Below are positions 40,881-51,586 of a DNA stretch of 64,000 nt, in pieces; within the stretch, counting starts at the first letter, position 1; every line of letters starts with the position of its first letter. The notes under the pieces were generated by a model, which was not told the DNA's origin, ran no database searches, and saw only the letters and a list, made by a program, of their open reading frames with translations. The position numbers and the translations under genes are program-made. The stretch covers positions 800,001 through 864,000 of the forward strand of contig CAWETI010000003.1 of assembly GCA_963812015.1 (NCBI GenBank). Reading direction: 5' to 3'. The DNA comes from an uncultured delta proteobacterium (GTDB taxonomy: Bacteria > Desulfobacterota > Desulfobaccia > Desulfobaccales > 0-14-0-80-60-11).

Positions 40881-41753
40881 GTGTTAATGTGGCTACATAT
40901 TAAAAGTTATTATATTTGCATTCTACTGCTATCATTAATATTATTAAATTCGTGCGTAATTAATAATAAGGTAGATTCGTTTTATAGTATTCCAACTATT
41001 AGCTATATTCGGGAAAGCCCTAATTATGATTCTCGAGTGGTGACAGAGCTATATAATGCTGATAAGGTAAAGCTTCTGGAAATAAACGACAATGGCTGGT
41101 GGCAAGTTCAATCCTTACGCAACGAGCAAGTTGGTTGGACTCAACGTGATTTATTAAGTGAAACTCCCATAATTGCTAAAATCTATTATATAATGGCTGA
41201 CAGCCTGCCATTGCGAAATTCTCCCCGGCAAGACGTCATTTCTCGTAATCTGTTGGATTACGGCGATACGGTAAAGAAAATCGATGAAAACGAAAGCTGG
41301 TGGCGCGTATTAGTGGAAAAAGACAAGTCCATTGGGTGGATCCCGGCCAAGATGGTATCTGAAAATCCACTCGAGCAAGCTGAGGGGGAAAAACCTGAAA
41401 TTCTTGAGTCGGAGAAGACTGGCCAAGATTCTCTTACAACCCAGCCTGCCTCTAAAGTTGCTTATTACTTTGTTGCAGCCGGAAGTCTAAATTTGTACAT
41501 AATCCCCTCGATTCCCTCTCAAGTGGTTAAATTATTGAAATTAAACGATAAGGTTGAAAAAATATCTCAGTCAGGCCGCGATTGGTTCAAAGTAAGATAT
41601 CTCGATACTGGTGCTGAAGGATGGACACTCTCTCAATACCTTAGAAGTTCTCCGGTGACAGACAAAGCTCAGATTGTGACGCCCAAGAAGAAATCTCAGA
41701 AAAAGGTTACGATGCCAAAGAAACAGATAACCTTAGAACCCGAAGGGATGTGA
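40881..41753 (+). CDS. Lipoprotein with three SH3b domains
   Basis: Three repeats of R..P...V..L...WW.V...GW; lipobox LNSC. Confidence 0.85.
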   Translation: MLMWLHIKSYYICILLLSLILLNSCVINNKVDSFYSIPTISYIRESPNYDSRVVTELYNADKVKLLEINDNGWWQVQSLRNEQVGWTQRDLLSETPIIAKIYYIMADSLPLRNSPRQDVISRNLLDYGDTVKKIDENESWWRVLVEKDKSIGWIPAKMVSENPLEQAEGEKPEILESEKTGQDSLTTQPASKVAYYFVAAGSLNLYIIPSIPSQVVKLLKLNDKVEKISQSGRDWFKVRYLDTGAEGWTLSQYLRSSPVTDKAQIVTPKKKSQKKVTMPKKQITLEPEGM

Positions 41754-42047
41754 GAGCATTTCCTCAATCAGTAAGGAGGTTACTTCTGGGTTTTTCCGAT
41801 AAAGTTGTTTCATTAATTACTTTTCTAAAAGTAAAGGCATCGTTTTCTGCTTTTATGCATCCTCCGAAAGCCAGGTCCGGTAGGGTACCGGCCACACCGT
41901 CTGACTCCAAACGCGGCAACTTTCTCCGCTTCCTATCTGAAGTCACCCCAGAACCCTGGGCAGGGGGTACCCAATTCTTGCACCGAACCCCCGGGCGATC
42001 GCGGCGGCGACCGACTCGGATGTTATCGGGGAGAATGGGGAAAATAT

Positions 42048-43334
42048 ATGGATAACCCTCAAACCATCATTACTGTCGCGATCATGGTGATCTTTCTCAT
42101 CGCCACCTGGTGGTACGCGCATTCAACAAGTCGCATCCTGAGACAGTCACAAGATCAAGTTGCAGCCATACAGAGCCAGGCGATCAACAAAATCGAAGAG
42201 CTCCAATTGTCCTACACGCAAATTCTGAAGGAAATCGAAGAACGCCAGCAGGCGGAAGACAAGCTGCAGGAAAGCGAGGTGCGCTTCGCCGCCTTCATGC
42301 GGCATCTACCCGGCACTGCAACCATGCGGGATACTCATGGGCGCTACCTGTTTGTCAATGAAACCTGGGAAAAAGTTTTTAGGCGAAAGAGGGGTGATTG
42401 GTGGGGCAAATCTCTGCAAGAGGTATGGCCCCCAGACCTTGCCAGTCACTTTAGGGAGCTGGATCAGCAGGTGATAAAAGGGGGGCAACCCCTGGAAAGC
42501 ATTGAGACCCAGGACCAGAATGGCCCAACGAATTTCTGGCTGATTAACCGATTTCCCATCCTGAACCAAGATCACCAAGCCGTCATGGTGGGAGCCATCG
42601 GGATCGACATAACCGCGCGACGACAGGTTGAGGAGGCTTTGAGATACTCGGAGCAGAAACTCCGATCCCTAACGGCGCAACTTCTTACGGCCCAAGAAAT
42701 CGAGCGCAAGCGTCTGGCTATGGAGTTGCATGATGAGTTGGGTCATTCGCTATTGGTGCTCAAGCTTACCTTGGAATCTTTGGAGGAGCAGCTGCAGCCC
42801 CAACAAGTTTCTTTGCAAAACGAGGTAAAGAATATTCTCCGAATTATCAGTATGACCATCGGGGAGGTGCGTCGTCTTTATTTAGATTTAAGTCCTGGCG
42901 ATTTAGAAGATATTGGATTGACGGCCGCCTTACACTCTTTGATCGATAATTTTGTCGCTTTAAAAAAGAACATAAAATGGACCATTAAACTGGATAACCT
43001 CGATGGCCTTTTTCCCTTGCCGATCCAGACCGCTATCTATCGGGTCATACAGGAAGCCTTGACCAATATCGGCAAGCATGCTCACCCTAACCAGGTATCC
43101 CTGGAAATAAAAAAAGAAAATGAGTGTGTCGCTTTTACCGTCAACGACAATGGTAAGGGCTTTGATAGGAACAAAATTCTCACCGAGAAGAAAACCTTGG
43201 GCTTGCTTTCTATGGAGGAGCGCGTCAAGATGCTGGGGGGGGCTTTTGAACTCTGGAGCCAGAAAAACCGGGGCACCAGAATCTCTTTCACTATTCCACT
43301 TCCAAGAGAGGAAGCAACGGATGAGTCCTTATAA
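42048..43334 (+). CDS. PAS sensor histidine kinase (HisKA_3)
   Basis: PAS/PAC, ELHDELGH, QEALTNIGKHA and DNGKGF. Confidence 0.93.
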   Translation: MDNPQTIITVAIMVIFLIATWWYAHSTSRILRQSQDQVAAIQSQAINKIEELQLSYTQILKEIEERQQAEDKLQESEVRFAAFMRHLPGTATMRDTHGRYLFVNETWEKVFRRKRGDWWGKSLQEVWPPDLASHFRELDQQVIKGGQPLESIETQDQNGPTNFWLINRFPILNQDHQAVMVGAIGIDITARRQVEEALRYSEQKLRSLTAQLLTAQEIERKRLAMELHDELGHSLLVLKLTLESLEEQLQPQQVSLQNEVKNILRIISMTIGEVRRLYLDLSPGDLEDIGLTAALHSLIDNFVALKKNIKWTIKLDNLDGLFPLPIQTAIYRVIQEALTNIGKHAHPNQVSLEIKKENECVAFTVNDNGKGFDRNKILTEKKTLGLLSMEERVKMLGGAFELWSQKNRGTRISFTIPLPREEATDESL

Positions 43335-43956
43335 CATTGTCCTAGCCGATGATCATGCGATGTTCCGCGAAGGCATCCGAAGAATGATCGAGCGGATCGA
43401 GGATGTCGTAGTCAGCGGTGAAGTCAACGATGGTCTCGAATTGCTGGCCATGTTGAAAAGTTCTTGCCCCGATCTCGTTATCCTTGACATTTCCATGCCA
43501 AATCTGCGTGGTTTGGAGGCGATTAGAGAAATCAAAAAGCTTTATCCGCAAGTGAAAGTCCTGGTTTTGACCATGCACCGGAAAAAGGAGTTTATTCACA
43601 GGGCGCTGGCAGATGGCGCAGATGGATTTCTGCTTAAAGAAGACCCAAGCGATGAGCTGATTCGGGCGGTGCAAACGATTAAGAGAGGGGAGAAGTATCT
43701 CTCTCCGCTCATTTCTGATGCTTTGGTAAGCTTGACCCTGGCGCCAGACGAAACCGATCTCCTGAGTATGCGGGAAAGAGAGGTTCTGAAACTCCTGGCG
43801 GAGGGCAAGAAATCCCATGAGATCGCCGAGATGCTCTTTATCAGTGTCAATACCGTGCGCCGGCACCGTCACAATATCATGGAAAAGCTGCACGTCAATA
43901 ACCTGGCCGATTTAGTTAAGTATGCGATCTCCCGTCACTATATTCCCGACTTCTAG
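43321..43956 (+). CDS. NarL/LuxR family response regulator
   Basis: ADDH, LDISMP, LS.RE.EVL.LLAEG, LFIS..TV..HR.NIM.KL. Confidence 0.95.
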   Translation: MSPYNIVLADDHAMFREGIRRMIERIEDVVVSGEVNDGLELLAMLKSSCPDLVILDISMPNLRGLEAIREIKKLYPQVKVLVLTMHRKKEFIHRALADGADGFLLKEDPSDELIRAVQTIKRGEKYLSPLISDALVSLTLAPDETDLLSMREREVLKLLAEGKKSHEIAEMLFISVNTVRRHRHNIMEKLHVNNLADLVKYAISRHYIPDF

Positions 43957-44357
43957 TACCCCGATTTTCCTGTGATCACAATGGGTTGAATGATCAGCTC
44001 AGTTATAGGCCAGTGCCTTGCAGGGAATAACCAAGCTCCGAAACCCTCCCTCCGGTGATACATCCCTCTCCGAAAGGTGGAAAACAGGTTCTCTAAGGAC
44101 GGGGCAGAGCCAAGTCCTGCCGCACTTGCACCATTATTTTGCCATGCTTCCTGTAAATACCTTCCTCATTCAGGGTTTTTGCTTGAAAGGGAATTTATGC
44201 CTGCTTTGTAAAAAGATCTAACTGTCCAACATTATGAGTTGAAACGTGATTATAGGGTTTCTCTATTGTGCCCGGGTTCAACTATTGCCATGTCTGATCA
44301 GAGCCGGCCGTAGAATTTTGGAACTTTTTGAACTTATCAAAATCTTATCTGGTTCAA

Positions 44358-44396
44358 ATGGTCAAAATGACCATTTGAAAATGGTCATCCCGCTTA
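44358..44396. promoter_or_regulatory. Operator-like site copy 2
   Basis: Contains the inverted repeat ATGACCAT-TTGAA-A-ATGGTCAT region; upstream of a small ORF. Confidence 0.6.
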
Positions 44397-44537
44397 TCGA
44401 CTTCCACTCTTTTCCAACATATAAGAAAGGTACAGCTTGGAGGAAGTAGGGAATTATTGGAGATTAGCTTCGAGAATGCTTCATGGGCACTAATTTTACC
44501 GACTTTTGCTGGTCTAGTCGGTTAAGGAGATACGAAA

Positions 44538-44729
44538 ATGTTAAAGATTATTGACCTTGGATGCGACCAACATCATATCCGTGAACTAGCCATCAGCTCC
44601 GCTGAAGCCGGGTTGATGCAGGATCTGTTCTTCAATCTCCCGCGAGAGGGAGAGTTTCACACCTTCATCTGTGAGCACGGCCAAACGCATTACATTAATC
44701 TCCAGATGCGGGTACTGAAAGTCGCATGA
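44538..44729 (+). CDS. Small hypothetical protein
   Basis: TAAGGAG RBS; 63 aa. Confidence 0.55.
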   Translation: MLKIIDLGCDQHHIRELAISSAEAGLMQDLFFNLPREGEFHTFICEHGQTHYINLQMRVLKVA

Positions 44730-44901
44730 TTTTGGCGTGATACCAGGCTTAATAGCCGATGGTTGCTCTCGCAGAAGTTATTCCGACCATCGCGGATGGA
44801 AGAATTAACCTGGAAGACATCAAAATCATTCTTTAGGATGAGTTTGACCTGGAAGGAGATATTAAGCTTGAAATTGGGGCCATTCCTGTCTTCAGGCTCC
44901 A

Positions 44902-45090
44902 TAGCCTACCCCCAGTAATTGTGTCAAGTTGTAAGTTAGGATGGGGTCAAGTCAAGCCAAAGACCATGGTGGAGCACAGCGTAGCCAGGATGCCGGGGCA
45001 TCACCTGTATGGCCCCGGGTATGGGTGTCCTATAACCCGAAGCACGGTGAGGCCTGACTTGCCGTATTGTATTCTTGCCACCAGCACTCT
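44902..45090 (-). mobile_element. IS3-family right-end remnant
   Basis: Minus strand EYN...RPH...GYRTP fragment followed by a terminal repeat like those at 25028, 39740 and 47476. Confidence 0.55.
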
Positions 45091-45567
45091 ATCAGGATCT
45101 GGGCCTCCTTCATGCGAATAAAGGTACTTAACAACTAGATGGAATTGATTCTATCCAATGAAAAGGTAAGGTGAGATTGAAAATCACTGCCTGATTAGAC
45201 AATTATCAAGCGGCAGAAAATGTGCCGGCAGGTCTGCACTTGCTTTACCCGCCCTGGGGCTGGCCTGTCCTGTCAGTGTTGCAATAAACCGGGTGGGTCA
45301 ATTTTGAATGGCCATTACTGGTCCCATATTGCTTTTCCATTCACCCATACCCTAAAATTTTTTTGTTAAGTGGTTAACGGCTCTAATGCCGGATTATTTC
45401 AATCTTAACGATCCAAACTCGCCTCTATGATGTGCGGTACCCTCATCCCCCTCACCAAGGAAATTTCTTGACCATATTCCATAGCAAACTCCCGGCCAGA
45501 CCTACGGCCAGGGCCGCAGCCAATAAGATCAGGCAAAGTCTTAGGTTGCCCCGCTTGCGGGGCGTCG

Positions 45568-45846
45568 TCAAGGGACTGCTCGACCCTCCGAGGTGGTGGT
45601 GGAACCGGCAGCCGGAGAGGTTCTGGTAGGGGTTGCGACTTTGAACCCCATCAGCCCCAACGCCGCCTTCTCAGCATTGGTCAACTTTGCCAGGGCACCC
45701 TGACGCACCTTCTCCAGCTTGGCGTCGTTGAGCTCGGCCAAGTCCTCATAGCAATTGATCTGAATGGCCCTTGTCCCTGCCTCCTCGGCAGTATGAAAAC
45801 CCACCCACCCCAATTCCGGGTCTTCCACAGCAAAAATCATCTTCAT
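45568..45846 (-). CDS. Hypothetical protein
   Basis: GGGAGG upstream; ALAKLT.AEKAALGL tail. Confidence 0.5.
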   Translation of the reverse strand: MKMIFAVEDPELGWVGFHTAEEAGTRAIQINCYEDLAELNDAKLEKVRQGALAKLTNAEKAALGLMGFKVATPTRTSPAAGSTTTSEGRAVP

Positions 45847-46278
45847 TTTATTCTCTTAACCTCCCTTGGTTATGGGCCTGGACGGTAACTGCCAACCCCA
45901 CCTACATCAACTGCCCAGATTAGTTCCTGCGCGCCAATATTCGCCAAATATATTCGGCCTTTTCCAAGATTCCATAAAATTCAGAATTTCTTTCTCTGAC
46001 TTACCGGCCTCTCTCAACTCCCTGGCTTTTTAAAGGGCGCGCCCCAAATCATAGATTTTATCTGAGATTATGCGGCAGCCTGGGCTGCCGCGTTGAAAAT
46101 TGGTTTTGGAACCTGTCGTCCGGGGAGAATATCCCGAAGAAGTTCCCCTTTTTGTGGCCCATTGGTCCTCTTGAACGCAAGATAGCACAAATTTTCCTTA
46201 AACTAAATCCTTTCTGTAGATTTTGAAGATACCACTCCGCTGGTTTGCAGTCTCTTGCGGGGTGACGGTCTAAGAACC

Positions 46279-47475
46279 TCAAATTAGCACCGCCCGGTAA
46301 TGACGCGCTGGGGGGAAAGCCGAGGCTACATGCACATACCACCGCCGGGCGTGGTAAGAAACTCTGACCCCCATTTTGATCAGGCGTTTGATGAGCCAGT
46401 CCATGGAACGCTTAACCTCTTCGCCCCAGACATAGAACTGCCGGATTATATGCAGGAGGTTGTAAGCCAGAACCCCCATCTTCAGCCGCGCCTGATTGGC
46501 CTCGAAACGTTGGCAGCTGGTCTTGTCCGAGCGCAGGGGGTTTTTGCCCTCCTTGATCCGGTTTTCCACATTGCCTCTGCCAGTATAGACCTTGACCACT
46601 TTGCCGGCCGGGAGTCTGGAGTTGGTCACCACAAAACCGATGCGGGGGAAAAGCTCGCCCCGGTACCACTCGATTTTGGCTACCACCCGGCGGGGCTTAT
46701 GCCAGCTCTTCGCTTGGTACTGCAAGTGCATTACTTTTACCTGCATCCCACTCTTAGGCGGTAGGCCCACCGGACGACCGAGGTGAGGCGCTACCAGCTT
46801 ATCCAGGTTCTCGTTAGCCGGTAACCGGATGAAGTAGGTGACGCGTTGTTCCTCGCAATACCAGTAGATTTCAGGTTTGGCAAAGGCAGCGTCCCCACGA
46901 AACCAGAAAAGCTTGAACCAAGCCCGATAGCGCTCTACCATAGGCTTGATGAACTCAAGGGCGCCATAAGCGGAATGGACGTTACTCGGTCTCAGCTTGG
47001 CCCCCAGACAGTCGCCCTCGCTGGTGAAGCCAAAAAGCGGATGGAAGCAGTTCTTGGCAAAATGGCCATTGTAAGCAACTCCCTCCTGATTGCCGCGGGC
47101 CGGGTCCTCGGTGGAATCCAGATCAATGGTGAGTCGGTTTTTGTTCTTTCTTCTCAACAGGGTATCCGTGGACCGGGTCAGGGCGGCGTCCAAAGCGCTT
47201 AACCCCATGACATTACCCAGGACGTCATTCTCCAACCGGGAGAGCATGGACTGGCTGACGCCGGCCTCATGATCCTTATTGATGGCCAGCCTAAGCGCGG
47301 GGTCTATCCGCAGATAATCGGCGTCGTTGCAATCTTCATAGCCGGCGGCAATCTGATAGACTCGTTGACGAATCATCTGGACCAATGAGTGTTTCCTATG
47401 GGCAGGTGACCGTAAGTCTTCCAGGAAATCCTTCATGGGGTCAATTATCTTCAAACGGTCATCTATCTCTCGCCC
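46279..47475 (-). pseudogene. IS1380 family transposase, N-terminally truncated
   Basis: QIAAGYEDCND, DLDST, RGDAAF, RG..EN.IKEGK and F.AN.ARL; the 5' end is replaced by an IS3-like terminus at 47476. Confidence 0.88.
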
Positions 47476-48060
47476 TGACCTGCCCCCCAAAAACTGATCC
47501 ACATGTTAAGTTAGGGGGGTGGATCTGTGGACTTGCCGGTTGAGACTGAACATCACATCCCGCAGACTTTTACGGCTCTCCACTGGCCAAAGAGCATGAC
47601 TCCCAGGTGCAACCAATAGGTGAATTTCCTGGGGTTCGGCCCTCGCCAGGCAAGGGTGTCCGCCAGATGATCGAAAAAATTTCTCGGTATGAGTTTTTGC
47701 AATTAACCCATGAGTGTGCTACATTGCACCATAAGCCCCATAATTCCCTCCAATGCTTAGGTTTTCGGTGAACCCATTATAGCATTGATTGGCTACTATG
47801 TGGCTGTTATACTTGCGATCTCAAGTAAATTCTACCGGATATCAGTGATATTTTGAGGGAATATTGCGCTATCATTCATTCACCAAGCAATTTGGCCATA
47901 ATAAGACGAACTTCTCCGAGATAAAACCCCGGATTGAAGGTTAAAAAACCAATTGTCAATTGTGGGTGCTATGGCAGTGGCATAATATCAAATTATACTT
48001 GATATTTGCTCAAGCAATGGTTCTGACTAAATCATTAATTATGGAGATATTATTATAACT

Positions 48061-49794
48061 ATGCTTTTAACAAATTCATCAGAACATATTAAACCTAAAT
48101 CTAAAAAGAGATTATTGCATATTGGATTGTTGGTTGACAGTAAGTTAGTAAGTAAGTATGTTTATAATCTTGCTAAATGGGCAAATAAAAAAGACGATGT
48201 TTATATATCTTATTTAGTTATTCATGCCCCACAAAATGTTTCCAATATAAGCCAATTTTCTAAAATCCTTATACACTTTTGTGCGAATGGCTTGTATAAG
48301 ATATTTTGTTTAATTTGTTTTAAAATACTATATAGAGTCGAAAGTTATTTTTTATCACGCCATTTAATATTTAAAGATCATTTAAAAATGTTTGACCTTA
48401 GTGAATTTGTAAAGGATTCATTTCACATATCCCCGACAATTTCAAAATCAGGTTATGTATATTGTTTTGATCCAGATGACATCCGTAAAATACGAGAACA
48501 AGAGTTCGATATATTAATCCGGTGTGGCACTGGAATATTACGGGGAGATATCCTCAAAGCAGCACGATTCGGCGTTGTTTCTATTCATCACGCAGATAGT
48601 AGAATAAATCGCGGTGGACCACCTGGATTTTGGGAGGTTTATTATAAAAAAGATAAAACTGGTTTTATTATTCAACAATTAACTGAGGAATTGGACGGTG
48701 GGAACATTATCAGACGAGGCTGCTACCCAACTCAGCATTATTTTCTTTTAAATCAGGCTTTTCTTTATGAGAAATCAAATATTCAATTAATAAAATTAAT
48801 TGAATGGATTGCAGGGAATGACTCTTTGCCCTCTTTTGAAGTTCACGTTCCTTATTCTTTCCCATTATATAATTCTCCAACCCCATTTCAGGTTTTAAGA
48901 TATTGTTTTTATGTGTCAACTAAGTTAATTTTCTCAGGATTTCGAAGTATTCTTAATATCAGGGATGACTTTTGGGAGGTGTCATTTATTAATTCTGATT
49001 GGAAATCGGCGGAATTATGGCGGGGTATAACAATTAAGAATCCGGAAGGTCATTTTTTAGCCGATCCATTTGTAATATCTAAAAATAGTCGAACTTATTG
49101 CTTTGTTGAAGAATTTGTCTATAGCGTCAACAAAGGGCACATTAGCGTATATGAACTTATTAGCGGCAGAGCTAAACATTTGGGATCGGCCTTAATTGAG
49201 CCATTCCATTTATCTTTTCCTTTCCTATTTCAATACAATGGTGAAATATATATGTGTCCCGAGTCTTGTGAGAAGCGAGGTATAAGAATTTATAAGTGCA
49301 AGAATTTTCCGCTCGAATGGGAGCTATTTCAAATAATTTTGAGAGATGTAAATGCTGCCGATACCATGATCTTTGAAAAGAATGGGAAATGGTGGTTACT
49401 AACAACTATTGATCTCTCTGGCATTGGTGACTATAGCTCCGAGCTTTATCTTTATTATGCAGAATCACCTCTTAGTGAAATATGGGCTTCCCATACGAAC
49501 AATCCTGTCTATATTGATTCAGAATTTGCGCGTAATGGCGGATTGTTGCGCGATGGGAATAATATTTATAGAGTGGGGCAATCACAAGGATTTTGTTGTT
49601 ATGGTAATAAATCAAATATTCTCAAAATAGAAGAAATTTCTGATGATTTGTATAGCGAAAGATTAATTGCCCAAATACACCCCAAATTTTTTAAAGGAAT
49701 TAAAGGTACACACCATATACATAGTAACTCTTATGTGACAGTTTTCGACCATGTACGTCGATCGCGCTTAAAATTAACTTCAATGATATCCTGA
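48061..49794 (+). CDS. AT-rich protein: formyltransferase-like N-terminal region plus glycosidase-like beta-propeller (GINT1-N-like)
   Basis: SIHH...RGGPPGFWE and LDGG; FLADPF, HLSFPF, M.PES, ARNGG and GTHH. Confidence 0.75.
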   Translation: MLLTNSSEHIKPKSKKRLLHIGLLVDSKLVSKYVYNLAKWANKKDDVYISYLVIHAPQNVSNISQFSKILIHFCANGLYKIFCLICFKILYRVESYFLSRHLIFKDHLKMFDLSEFVKDSFHISPTISKSGYVYCFDPDDIRKIREQEFDILIRCGTGILRGDILKAARFGVVSIHHADSRINRGGPPGFWEVYYKKDKTGFIIQQLTEELDGGNIIRRGCYPTQHYFLLNQAFLYEKSNIQLIKLIEWIAGNDSLPSFEVHVPYSFPLYNSPTPFQVLRYCFYVSTKLIFSGFRSILNIRDDFWEVSFINSDWKSAELWRGITIKNPEGHFLADPFVISKNSRTYCFVEEFVYSVNKGHISVYELISGRAKHLGSALIEPFHLSFPFLFQYNGEIYMCPESCEKRGIRIYKCKNFPLEWELFQIILRDVNAADTMIFEKNGKWWLLTTIDLSGIGDYSSELYLYYAESPLSEIWASHTNNPVYIDSEFARNGGLLRDGNNIYRVGQSQGFCCYGNKSNILKIEEISDDLYSERLIAQIHPKFFKGIKGTHHIHSNSYVTVFDHVRRSRLKLTSMIS

Positions 49795-49911
49795 AGTATA
49801 ACAATATAAATAGATGCAGATATACAACGTTATATAGAAATATCTTTATTGTTTTAGCTCCGGTCAATTTGCTATGATTAACTATAATAAGTAGCAATTG
49901 TGAGTTAATTC

Positions 49912-50817
49912 ATGCAACAGAAACCTTGCAGTCTGCTGAAATTTCAAAAGAAGTTTGGTACCGAAAAGGCTTGTCAGAAACAATCGTTCCGGTTGCGTTG
50001 GCCCTAAGGCTTCAAGTGCCCTCGCTGTGGTCATGCTGAAGCCTATTTCCCCAGCAGGCGCCACCTATATCAGTGCAAATCCTGCGGTTACCAAGCTTCA
50101 TTGACCGCAGGCACAGTGTTTCACAAGACCAGGACCCCATTAACCAAATGGTTTTGGCTGATCTGGGTCATGGGACGCCAGAAAAGCGGCATTTCCATGC
50201 TGTCGCTGCAACGGATGTTGGAGATCAAGAGTTATAATACCTTGTGGACCATGGGCCACAAGATTCGCAAAGCCATGACCGACCGGGATGCTAATTATAA
50301 ACTCACTGGCATGATTGAGATGGACGACATTTACTTCGGGACCCCCAAACCTGGGAAGCGGGTCCGTGGTGCCGCCTGTAAAGCTAAAGTGTTTGTGGCA
50401 GTGGAAACTCCGGGAAATAAGCCCAGATTTGCCGCTATGCGCATGGTCCCCAGATTCAACGGCGAAGAGATTCAGGGCCTGGTACGTGAGCGTCTGGAGG
50501 GAGAAGTGGTGGTCAAAACCGCCGGTAGGCAAGGATATAGCTTCCTGGATGGTTCGCCCCGCCACCATGAATGGCTCGTTCCCGGTTCGGGAAAAGAGGC
50601 CGCGAAGGTCCTGCCTTGGGTCCATACCTTGACCGTCAATATCAAAGGCAATATTCGTGGCGTCCATCATGGCGTCAGCCCAAAGCACCTGCACCGTTAC
50701 CTGGCGGAATTCTGCTACCGTTTCAACCGACGTTTTTGGGAACCCCAAATGTTCAACCGGCTGCTTCATGCTTGCCTGAACTCTTCAACCATTACTTCCT
50801 CGGAACTAAGGGTATAA
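49912..50817 (+). pseudogene. IS1595 family transposase with premature TAA at 50005
   Basis: RWP*GFKCPRCG, IEMDD, HHGVSPKHL.RYL.EF.YRFNRR; catalytic positions degenerate. Confidence 0.88.
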
Positions 50818-50926
50818 TCGGTTTTATATAAATAAATTATAGAAATTTTTTGTTGATAATTTATCATCATTATGATTATTATAAAAATTCGAAGCCCAAA
50901 GTAACCTTCAGGGGGAGGGTGTAGGG

Positions 50927-51562
50927 TTGAAAAAGTTCCGAGCGCAGGGCAATTGGAAATGGGTGATGGGCAGCGTGGGGCTGGTGTTCTGCCTGGTGGT
51001 GATGTGCAGCTGTACCCCTTCGGTGAGTCATCTCACCGAGGCCCAGGGCGCGGCCGCAGCGGTGGCCACTGTCGATCAGGACAAGTATCCTTTGGGACCG
51101 GAAGATTCCATTGAAATTTCCGTCTGGAAAGAGCCCGAGCTGACCAAGCAACTGGTGGTGCGGCCAGACGGGAAGATTACCTACCCCTTAATCGGGGAGG
51201 TGCAGGCCTCCGGGCAGACTGTCAAGCAGCTCCAGGCAGAAATCTTACAACGTCTGGAGAAGTATGTGACGGACGCCCATGTCACCGTCATCCTGCTGAA
51301 GGCTCAGAATTATAAGATCTATGTCACCGGTAGGGTCAACAAGCCGGGCGAATTCGTCATCGGCAAACCCGTCAACGTGATGCAGGCCATCTCCATGGCC
51401 GGGGGCCTGACGCCTTTTGCCGCTCCTGGGTCCATCACGGTCTTGCGTAGTCTGGGGGGCAAAGAAGAGGTGTTTTCCTTCAATTACAAGGACGTGGCTA
51501 AAGGCCAATTCTTGGAGCAAAACCGGACGTTGTTACCGGGGGATGTGGTGGTAGTGCCTTAA
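50927..51562 (+). CDS. Polysaccharide biosynthesis/export protein (Wza-like)
   Basis: VRPDGKITYPLIGEV, G.V.KPG and L.PGDVVVVP. Confidence 0.92.
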   Translation: MKKFRAQGNWKWVMGSVGLVFCLVVMCSCTPSVSHLTEAQGAAAAVATVDQDKYPLGPEDSIEISVWKEPELTKQLVVRPDGKITYPLIGEVQASGQTVKQLQAEILQRLEKYVTDAHVTVILLKAQNYKIYVTGRVNKPGEFVIGKPVNVMQAISMAGGLTPFAAPGSITVLRSLGGKEEVFSFNYKDVAKGQFLEQNRTLLPGDVVVVP

Positions 51563-51586
51563 GGAAAAGGGGAAAGTCAGGGGGGT

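Noticed and set aside
45288..45345. IS21-like terminus GGGTGGGTCAATTTTGAATGGCCATT (similar text near 26625)
   Set aside because: Too short and degenerate, with no istA/istB nearby; not supportable as a feature.
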